Part shown: positions 37,844 to 45,326 of the stretch, in pieces
How positions within the stretch are numbered: position 1 is the first letter of the stretch
Layout of the letters: every line of letters starts with the position of its first letter
Assembly: GCA_017475935.1 (NCBI GenBank)
Contig: JAFVEP010000054.1
Span: forward strand, 1 to 51,596
Length of the DNA stretch: 51,596 nt
Direction: 5' to 3'
DNA from: Alphaproteobacteria bacterium
GTDB taxonomy: Bacteria > Pseudomonadota > Alphaproteobacteria > RF32 > CAG-239
Position numbers and translations under genes: made by a program
Notes under the pieces: model-generated
The model's input: only the letters and a program-made list of their open reading frames with translations
Databases searched by the model: none
What the model was told of the DNA's origin: nothing

Positions 37844-38917
37844 CTATTTCTTTTCAATTCTTGTATCATTTATGCCGTAATATTTCAGCTTAGCTTGCGC
37901 CACTTTGGCTTCTTCAACATAGTTATAAGGGCCGACGGATACTCTGTAATAAGAGGTACCGCCGACATCAACATTAGAAATATGGCTCTCACCGTATTCT
38001 TTTAAGCGCACCATCAATTTATGGGCCAGATCATATTGTCTGAATGAACCGGCGTGTATGTAATAGTATCCGTTCATATAGTGGTAAGTATCAGCCGAAT
38101 GCGAAGAGGCTGTACGGGCAATAGGTTCCGGACTGCCGATCACCCCCAATGCACCGCTTTTCTGAGTCCCGTCTGCCGAGGCTGCGCTGCCATATGCCGC
38201 CTGCTCAGGAATATTGATCTGCAACGGGAGTGTGCCGCTTTGATATGTTTTATCGCCGGCCTGAGCATATACGGCAAGTTTTTCTTCCTCTTGCTGTGAA
38301 ACTTTCTTTCTCTCATCATTTGTTTCATAAAGAGAATGTGCCGGAACAGACTGAGCCGCCGCGGCATATGCTTTTTCTTTTTGTTCCGCCGGTTCATTGA
38401 GCATGGCAAGCTTGAGTGCTTTACTTTCTTTGGCCATAACTTCGACTCTGACACGTGTAGTTCCCTGCCCCATATACCCGAGCAGTTGCGCCCCATGTTT
38501 AGACAGATCAATGATCCTGTTTTTAACATAAGGACCTCGGTCATTCACTCTCACCACGATGGAACGGCCGTTTTGCAAATTGGTTACTTTCACAATACTC
38601 GGCAACGGAAGTGTTCGGTGAGCAGCCGTCAGCGTATTCATGTTATAACGTTCGCCGTTCGCTGTCATTTTACCGTTAAAATCTTCACCATACCAAGAAG
38701 CCATACCTTCTTCAACATAGCTGTAATCTTCTTTCGGATAATACCATTGTGAACCGATTTTATATGGATTTCCGACTTTATAAATGCCCCCGTAATGTTT
38801 AATTGCCTCCGCTTGTGCCTGCGGTGACAATCCTGACAACTCCGGTGTCCCTGTTGAACATGATGTGAGCAGAAGCATCATCCCAAACAACAGAAAAAAA
38901 GGCTTCATACCGTTCAT
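37844..38917 (-). CDS. rlpA: Septal ring lytic transglycosylase RlpA-family lipoprotein with a SPOR domain
   Basis: Lipobox LLTSC, DPBB core ASWYGEDFNGKMTANGERY...VRVNDRGP and a C-terminal SPOR-like YYIHAGSFRQ...YRVSVGPY. Confidence 0.9.
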   Translation of the reverse strand: MNGMKPFFLLFGMMLLLTSCSTGTPELSGLSPQAQAEAIKHYGGIYKVGNPYKIGSQWYYPKEDYSYVEEGMASWYGEDFNGKMTANGERYNMNTLTAAHRTLPLPSIVKVTNLQNGRSIVVRVNDRGPYVKNRIIDLSKHGAQLLGYMGQGTTRVRVEVMAKESKALKLAMLNEPAEQKEKAYAAAAQSVPAHSLYETNDERKKVSQQEEEKLAVYAQAGDKTYQSGTLPLQINIPEQAAYGSAASADGTQKSGALGVIGSPEPIARTASSHSADTYHYMNGYYYIHAGSFRQYDLAHKLMVRLKEYGESHISNVDVGGTSYYRVSVGPYNYVEEAKVAQAKLKYYGINDTRIEKK

Positions 38918-39001
38918 TTTCTCTCTCTTAACAAATTTAACGTATCTGCAATAGACTATCCTGTTTTTGATGGTCAAGCAAGTTTTTTTACACAGTTATA
39001 C

Positions 39002-40249
39002 TTATTTCTTTTTCTGTTTTTTCGTCGGTAACGGTGCCGAAAAACCGATCTGACGATTATAGTTTTTAATTTTGTTTAAAAGGCGATAATCCGGATACCC
39101 GTCTTCAGGAAGCTTGGCTTTTTTCTGCAACACTTTAACGGCTTTTCTTGTTTCCGGTCCCAATTTGCCGTCGGCTTTAATCTGATGGCGATGTTGTTGA
39201 TTATAAAACTTTTGGATCAGCTGAATCTCGTCACTGTTCATCGTATATTGCTCATGAGCCGTCATCGGCGTCCACCGACGATCCGGATGTGCGATATAAT
39301 CTGCCAAAGTCACCACCGCCACGGCATAATTGTCAGATCTGTTCCAAATCATGACCCTCTTGAAATTACTTAACACCACAAACGCCGGACCTTTGCGCCC
39401 GTCAGGTAAAATAACCGATGCTTTAATTTCATTATCAAACGGAAGGTTATTACCGTTAAATGTTTTCACGCCTTTATCTTTCCACTCAGCAATGGTTTTG
39501 GTGGTTTGACGACCGGCTTCGGCAAAATCAAAATTCCACGGAAGTTGAACTCTGACGCCCCAACCTTCATTCTTTTTCCAACCGAGTTTGGTTAAGTAAT
39601 TTTCAGCCGAAGCGATAGCATCCGGAAGCGAATCCCATATATCCGGAACATGATCTCCGTCATAATCGACGGCATAGTTGTTGTATGTTGACGGCATGAA
39701 TTGAAAATGCCCCATTGCACCGGCCCACGAACCAAGCATTTTTTCTTCGTTCAGGTTTGTTTTATCCATAATTTTCAAGACATTAAACAGCTCATTTTTG
39801 AAAAACTTGGCGCGCCGATTCTTATAGCTTAAATTTGTCAGACTGTCTATCAGATGAAATTTACCTTTATTTTGCCCGAAATTTGTTTCCACACCCCAAA
39901 AAGCGATAATGTAGTTAAAGGGAACGTTATATTTCTGTTCGATTTTTTTATATTTTTTCTGCCACTCTTTATATTTTTTGCGTGCTGTTTCAACACGTTC
40001 TTTCGTCACAAGGCGATTAACGTATGTGCATGTCGTCATCACAAATTCGGCCTGTTTTTTATCTTGTTGCACAACTTTCGGCGCCACATGATAATAGTTT
40101 TTGCCTTTATAAGCTTTATCGATTGTTTTCTGCGAAATCCCACGAGATTTCATTTCCCGCTTTAAATTTTCAATATACAAATTCCACTCTTTCGGCGGCG
40201 TATTCGTTGATTCCGCCTGTACTTTGGCGATGCCAAAAGCGAAACACAC
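39002..40249 (-). CDS. Lytic murein transglycosylase (MltB/SLT_2 family) with a C-terminal peptidoglycan-binding domain; the N-terminus is interrupted by an in-frame TGA
   Basis: WGVETNFG, GAMGHFQFMPSTY and a C-terminal PG_binding_1-like DGKLGPETRKAVKVLQ. The track ORF starts at GTG 40249. An in-frame ATG at 40288 encodes MKKLQRLFFV and is then cut by TGA at 40256-58. Confidence 0.85.
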   Translation of the reverse strand: MCFAFGIAKVQAESTNTPPKEWNLYIENLKREMKSRGISQKTIDKAYKGKNYYHVAPKVVQQDKKQAEFVMTTCTYVNRLVTKERVETARKKYKEWQKKYKKIEQKYNVPFNYIIAFWGVETNFGQNKGKFHLIDSLTNLSYKNRRAKFFKNELFNVLKIMDKTNLNEEKMLGSWAGAMGHFQFMPSTYNNYAVDYDGDHVPDIWDSLPDAIASAENYLTKLGWKKNEGWGVRVQLPWNFDFAEAGRQTTKTIAEWKDKGVKTFNGNNLPFDNEIKASVILPDGRKGPAFVVLSNFKRVMIWNRSDNYAVAVVTLADYIAHPDRRWTPMTAHEQYTMNSDEIQLIQKFYNQQHRHQIKADGKLGPETRKAVKVLQKKAKLPEDGYPDYRLLNKIKNYNRQIGFSAPLPTKKQKKK

Positions 40250-40374
40250 AAAAAATCAAACAAAAAACAAACGCTGTAATTTTTTCATCTTTTAATCCCA
40301 TAAAATTTCCTTGAATTTTAACTCCATTTACTTTATATATCATTAAGTTAATCAACAAACAAACAGAAAATATC

Positions 40375-41184
40375 ATGTCTCATTTTCTCTCTGCAATCTT
40401 TATATGTTTTTTCTTCGGAATATTTCTGTTATTGTATGCAACCGTTATTGAGCCATATTCCTTAGACATTACACGATATAATGTCCACAATCCGCACATT
40501 CCGAATTTAAAAATCGTGTTTGTTTCAGATTTACATATCGGTCCGTCGCGTTTTGAAGAACACCGATTTAATCATATTGTCGAAAAAATAAATCAAGAAA
40601 ATGCCGACTTGATATTTTTGGGCGGTGATTATGTTAAAGGTCATCAAAGGCAATCATCTGCGCCGATTCAAAAAATTGTTGAAAAGCTCTCGACACTTAA
40701 AAATAAATATGGCATTTTTGCCGTATTGGGCAATCATGACAATTACTACGGCAAGCAAGAAGTTTTGGATGCATTTTCCCACTCAAACATTATCGTTCTG
40801 GATAATCAAAACGTGACCATACCTGTGTATGACTTGAACATAACCATAGCCGGAGTCAGCGATCTCTCCACCGATAAACCGGATATAGATAAAGCCTTAT
40901 CGGATGCAACCTCGCCAACCATTTTGCTGTCGCATTCGCCCGATTTGTTCCCTGACATCAAAACCATCGATCTGATGCTTGCCGGCCACACGCACGGCGG
41001 ACAGATTGTCATTCCCTTTGTCGGCGCACCGCTGGTGGCATCAAATTATGGTCAAAGATATCGTTATGGTTTCATTCGCGAGCCACAGAAAAATATGATT
41101 GTCAGCAAAGGCCTCGGAACCAGTCTGCTACCTTTGCGCTTCAATTGCCGGCCGGAAATTGTTGTCATTCAATTTACACCGTAA
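40375..41184 (+). CDS. Membrane-anchored metallophosphoesterase (calcineurin-like, YkuE-type)
   Basis: N-terminal TM, then SDLHIG, GGDYV, GNHD and GHTHGGQ. Confidence 0.85.
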   Translation: MSHFLSAIFICFFFGIFLLLYATVIEPYSLDITRYNVHNPHIPNLKIVFVSDLHIGPSRFEEHRFNHIVEKINQENADLIFLGGDYVKGHQRQSSAPIQKIVEKLSTLKNKYGIFAVLGNHDNYYGKQEVLDAFSHSNIIVLDNQNVTIPVYDLNITIAGVSDLSTDKPDIDKALSDATSPTILLSHSPDLFPDIKTIDLMLAGHTHGGQIVIPFVGAPLVASNYGQRYRYGFIREPQKNMIVSKGLGTSLLPLRFNCRPEIVVIQFTP

Positions 41185-41311
41185 TGCTACGGTGGGATTG
41201 GCTTCGCCGCCTCTGCGCTCATCTGCTTCGCCGACCGGCACACCCCCGTGTGCCTTTCGCTTGCGGTCAAACCCGCTTCTCGCGGTTTCTTCTCCTCACT
41301 GCTCATTCCAA

Positions 41312-41340
41312 CAAAAAAAAGGCCGCCCTAAGGCGACCCT
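41312..41340 (-). terminator. Rho-independent terminator of tRNA-Lys
   Basis: The minus strand reads GGTCGCC-TTAG-GGCGGCC followed by T8, starting 8 nt after the tRNA CCA end. One pair is G-U on the minus-strand transcript and a mismatch on the plus strand. Confidence 0.6.
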
Positions 41341-41347
41341 CTTTTGT

Positions 41348-41423
41348 TGGTGAGCTCGGTGGGATTCGAACCCGCGACCCTTTGATTAAAAGTCAAATGC
41401 TCTACCGACTGAGCTACGAACTC
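41348..41423 (-). tRNA. tRNA-Lys (anticodon UUU), CCA encoded
   Basis: The reverse complement GAGTTCGTAGCTCAGTCGGTAGAGCATTTGACTTTTAATCAAAGGGTCGCGGGTTCGAATCCCACCGAGCTCACCA folds as a cloverleaf. The anticodon loop is CTTTTAA and there is one C-A mismatch in the T stem. Confidence 0.9.
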
Positions 41424-41438
41424 GCTTAACAGGTTATG

Positions 41439-41467
41439 CTTATAAAAGATAAAATCCTTTAAGTCAA
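41439..41467 (-). promoter_or_regulatory. Candidate sigma70 promoter of tRNA-Lys
   Basis: The minus strand reads TTGACT, 17 nt, TATAAG, ending 15 nt upstream of the mature tRNA 5' end. Confidence 0.45.
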
Positions 41468-41571
41468 CAAAAAAAATAAAAAAAGTTAAAAAAATTGAAA
41501 TATGTGTTTATTTCTTAATATTTATGTGTTATCTTGAGCCAAAATGTAGATTTGTTATCGTGAGGTTATGA

Positions 41572-41892
41572 ATGACTATAAGTAATGAAATAGGGCAAAA
41601 AGGCCACTACAGCATTTTGCAAAATGCTCAAGGGGAAATCATGATCTTGATCGAAAGTCGCACCGGTGGTCCGGAAGAGCCGCGTTTTTTCTATGACGGC
41701 GGTGATTTGGCTCTGCTTTATCGCTCAAAAGAAAATTCGATTGCTTTCAGAAATATAGAATCCGGCGCTCGCATTCCGCTCAAGTCCGTTTCTGAAGTTC
41801 TGGTTGTTGAAATTGAAGACGATGACGTTGAAAGAGAATATATTGTTCCGGTGCGCATTGTTAAAAATGTGAACAATTTTATTATTTCATAA
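41572..41892 (+). CDS. Uncharacterised small soluble protein, paralog 1
   Basis: 106 aa with GAGG SD 6 nt before the ATG. No TM or signal peptide. About half its residues are identical to the next ORF. Confidence 0.6.
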   Translation: MTISNEIGQKGHYSILQNAQGEIMILIESRTGGPEEPRFFYDGGDLALLYRSKENSIAFRNIESGARIPLKSVSEVLVVEIEDDDVEREYIVPVRIVKNVNNFIIS

Positions 41893-41917
41893 AAGCAAAA
41901 AGGCAAAGAGGTGCTTC

Positions 41918-42226
41918 ATGAGTGAGATTTTTTGCAAAATTTATCAAAATGCCAAGGGTGAAATTATGATGATGGTCGATTCTTCTGACGGTGGACCGGA
42001 GAATCCGCGTTTTGTGTATGATGGCGGCTCCAGAGCTTTATTTTATCGCACCCAGAAAAAACCTTTTATACTGCGCAACATTGAAGAGCCGGCTCGCGTT
42101 CCGCTGAAATCCGTCAAGGAAATTCTAATTGTTGAAATCGACGGACAAGAAGTTGCCCGTGAATATATGATTCCGGTACGCATTGTGGAAGATTTAAACA
42201 AACTCAAATTTTCTGAAGTTCGGTGA
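41918..42226 (+). CDS. Uncharacterised small soluble protein, paralog 2
   Basis: 102 aa with AAGAGG SD. It shares the motifs GEIM, GGPExPRFxYDGG, ARxPLKSVxExLxVEI and REYxxPVRIV with ORF 41572..41892. Confidence 0.6.
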   Translation: MSEIFCKIYQNAKGEIMMMVDSSDGGPENPRFVYDGGSRALFYRTQKKPFILRNIEEPARVPLKSVKEILIVEIDGQEVAREYMIPVRIVEDLNKLKFSEVR

Positions 42227-42232
42227 CCTTAG

Positions 42233-43900
42233 ATGATTGCATACACAACGTTGCTCCTTTTTTTCATCGGCACGATTGGTTATGCTAAAGTCAGCACAAA
42301 ATACGATAAAATTTTATCTTTTGTGATGTTGGCATCGCTTTGTGCTGTTTTTGCGCATTTTTATGAAGATATGGTTACCGGCATTAATCATACTTTTTCT
42401 TTTGTGTGGAACAGCTCCCCCGGCGGTGATATTAAAATTGACATCATTTCGAATCTTCACAATTATGAATTAATTTTTCCTTTTTTCGTCATGACGCTGT
42501 CGGCCGTATTTTTCAATCAACTCTTTAAGTACGAAGAACGGCGCAGTCAATATAACTCCGTGCTATGTTTTAACTTGGCGGCGCTTATTGTTATGATCAC
42601 CAGCAATAACTTCGTACAGTTGCTTTCCGCCGTCTTTATTATTGACATACTTGCGCTTTTTCTCATCCGCAATTGGAGTGCGTATCGGCGATTCGCTTTA
42701 ATGAATTTTGCCGCCGACATGATGCTTTTCACGATTTTGGCCATGATCAACTGTAAAGTCGATTCTCTGGATTTGCGGCAAATTTTAATGTACAAAAAAA
42801 CAGGATTTCATATCAATGAAATTGCCTTGCTCGGCCTGACCTGCGTTTTTATCAAAACGGGATTCTTTTTATTCCACCTATCTTTGGCTGATCTAAAAAA
42901 TGTACGCATGCACCGCCTGCAATGCATATTATTTTTATCAGCCCCGATCAGCGCTTTGATTTTACTCTTAAAATTCCATCTTCTGTGGCAAGCTTCACCC
43001 TACTTTATTCCGTTTTTAAAATTTGAGTGTGTGACCACGATTGCCTTTGGGTTTTGGAACTTTTGCCGTCTTGATAACATCAAAAGCAAACTCATCGGCC
43101 TGCAAACAGCCTTCTGGGCACTATTGATTCTTTTGCTCAGTTTCAATGGTTTTATATGGGATAAGCGGATCAACTTTTTACTGTTGCAAAATTTTGTTGT
43201 TTTCGGGTGTTTTTACCTTATTTATTTCCATATGAATCGCCCTAACCTTCTGTCCTCACTGAGCGAAAAAAAAATCGGCAACAAAAGCTCTGTTATCGCA
43301 GCCGTCTGCATTCTGACCGCATCCGTTGCGGCCATGGCCGGAACATTAACGGCTATATATAATAACAGCAACCGTTATTATATATGGGGATTCGGTCCGA
43401 TTTTTGTGATTCTGTCGGCGTTGTTCTGCCGGCGCATCTTATGGACTTTGCAGCAAAAAACATTTTCCGCCCGGCAATCCGGTAAATTCTTGCCATCGCT
43501 GTTCCTTACATCACTAGCAGTGGTTCTGAGTAAAGATCTGATGACAACCGATCTTATAGCATGGATATTTCCTCTGGTCTTTTTATTGATATGCATTATT
43601 CCCGTCAAACATCCGTTAAAATTTTCCGTTCAAGACAATCAAACCGATGCGGTCAGTGCATTATATAAATACATACTGATTAGGCCGATTAAACTGTGCG
43701 GAAGATTGTTATGGTTATGGGTAGATCGCATGTTGGTAGAAAAATTGATCCTCGGTTTAATTATTACTTTTGCACGAAGTTGTTTGAGGTTATTCCGCAG
43801 AGCGCACAGCAACGGTCTTATCGGCGCTCTGATTGTGATCATTTTTACTTGTTTGCTGTTGTGGAGCTCTTTCTTAAACGGGGAGATCGGCAATGTATAG
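42233..43900 (+). CDS. Divergent NuoL/MrpA-like proton-conducting membrane transporter subunit
   Basis: 555 aa and polytopic. FIKTGFFLFHLSLAD occupies the place of the GKSAQ..H.WL.DA helix. The NuoL-type C-terminal segment is LYKYILIRP...WVDRMLVEKLI...RRAHSNGLIGALIVI. Several canonical charged positions look substituted. Confidence 0.7.
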   Translation: MIAYTTLLLFFIGTIGYAKVSTKYDKILSFVMLASLCAVFAHFYEDMVTGINHTFSFVWNSSPGGDIKIDIISNLHNYELIFPFFVMTLSAVFFNQLFKYEERRSQYNSVLCFNLAALIVMITSNNFVQLLSAVFIIDILALFLIRNWSAYRRFALMNFAADMMLFTILAMINCKVDSLDLRQILMYKKTGFHINEIALLGLTCVFIKTGFFLFHLSLADLKNVRMHRLQCILFLSAPISALILLLKFHLLWQASPYFIPFLKFECVTTIAFGFWNFCRLDNIKSKLIGLQTAFWALLILLLSFNGFIWDKRINFLLLQNFVVFGCFYLIYFHMNRPNLLSSLSEKKIGNKSSVIAAVCILTASVAAMAGTLTAIYNNSNRYYIWGFGPIFVILSALFCRRILWTLQQKTFSARQSGKFLPSLFLTSLAVVLSKDLMTTDLIAWIFPLVFLLICIIPVKHPLKFSVQDNQTDAVSALYKYILIRPIKLCGRLLWLWVDRMLVEKLILGLIITFARSCLRLFRRAHSNGLIGALIVIIFTCLLLWSSFLNGEIGNV

Positions 43901-45317
43901 TATGTTGTTTATCCTTGTACTTCTGCCTCTCTTTGGCAATATATTTGCGCTAACCTCACGACAAAATGAAAGCAACGCCTACAATGTTACTCTTTTGACG
44001 ATGGGAACCGGTATTTTAATCATCCTAAAGTTATTTGCCGCCATCGACATATCATCCGGAGCGGTTCAATTTGTGCATCAGGTTCCGTGGCTTGAAACGA
44101 TGAACATCACTCTGTCTTTCGGTATTGATCCGTTTGCTCTTCTCTTATTATTCGGCATCTATCTTTCACTTTTAATCGGTTTAATCGGCTTACCGGCCCA
44201 CGAACGTAAAAACCGCTCACTTTTTGTCCTATTCCTTTATTTTTTGTGGACAATCACCGGTTTTTTAACGGCTGATGACATGATTTCTTTTTACGTTTTT
44301 TTCGCTGCCATGCTCATTCCGCTGTTCATGTTGATCGGATCTTACGGACGTTACCGAAAATCATTGTCTTTATATCTGTTTTTCCTGATTAACATGGCCG
44401 GTATTCTGTTTTTGCTTATATCTATGCTGATTACGTACAAATTCTATCATGGCAACATTCAGCTTCATGAAATTGCTTTTGTTAAAATGCCTAAGCACGT
44501 CGGTTTATTGGTTTGGGGCTTTGTCTGCTTAGCTTTTGCTTCACGCATACCGGTATGGCCGTTTCACTCATGGATTTGCGCTATCAGCGCCGGAATCCGC
44601 AATCCTTTGGTTTATATTATGGCCAATCTCATTCCGTTGACCGGATTATACGGGTTCGCACGATTTTGGCAGGTTGCCGTTGCCGACAGCATGTTGGCTT
44701 ATATTCCGATTGTCACGGTTTTTTGCTTGATAACGATGTTTTTTATTGTTTAAATCGGCGTAGTCCATAAAGACTTTTTATATAAGCTGTTTTCTTACAT
44801 GACGGTTTATTATCTCCTGTTTTTGTTGACGGTTATTCTTCTTTCCTCCATTTTGCTTGGTGAAACGCTGAAAATGAACATGGCTTATTCGCTGTTTATT
44901 TTCTTGATTGTCAACGCTTCTCTGGTTGTTTTGGATTTCAAATTGGAAAATGAATGTGAAAACAAAAAATGTGAATATAAAGGAATTCTGGCATATATGC
45001 CGCGGCTGTCCAAAATATTTTCATTTTTTGTACTGGTCGCGATCGGATTACCTGTTTCCTCAATGTTTTGGAATAATTTTATCATTATTTCATCTTTATT
45101 CAACTTAAGCTCCGTTGTCGGTCTGACGGTCATGGCTGTCATTACGGTTATCAGCCTTTCGCTGCTCTACGAGCTTTATTTTATGCGCGATTTACAAAAA
45201 CATATTCAATTTTCCGAGAACATCTCTGATCTTACACAAAGAGAATTTCTCTTTTTCTTGGGCATTATTGTTATTCTGTTCTTATCATTTTTCGACCCGA
45301 TGTGGTTTGTTATATAG
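43893..45317 (+). pseudogene. Divergent NuoM/MrpD-like subunit interrupted by a single in-frame TAA (44751-44753)
   Basis: ORFs 43893..44753 and 44799..45317 are in the same frame. Family similarity runs through the stop (IV*IGVVHKDFLYKLFSYMTVYY corresponds to the ..Q.D.K.L.AYSS..H region). PVWPFHSWICAIS and MPRLSKIFSFFVLVAIGLPVSSMF are NuoM-like. Confidence 0.65.
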
Positions 45318-45326
45318 GAAATTGAC

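Noticed and set aside
40256-40258. Possibility that TGA is a sense codon (genetic code 4 or 25), which would heal the transglycosylase signal peptide.
   Set aside because: Several well-supported genes in the window terminate at TGA at their expected lengths: tmk at 36044, the AlbA_2 gene at 27050, pilin B at 23083 and ORF 31700..32551. Long conserved genes show no other internal TGAs. Global reassignment is therefore not supported.
41099-41429. Track ORFs 41099..41353 and 41145..41429 crossing the GC-rich spacer and the tRNA gene.
   Set aside because: They overlap tRNA-Lys and its terminator and are Arg/Leu/Ser-rich, as expected from GC-rich non-coding DNA. They have no start context.
44730-44753. 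T-rich run (ATGTTTTTTATTGTTTAA) just before the in-frame TAA, considered as a programmed frameshift site.
   Set aside because: The upstream and downstream halves are in the same frame, so no frameshift is needed. The T TTT TTA heptamer is also not in the correct phase.
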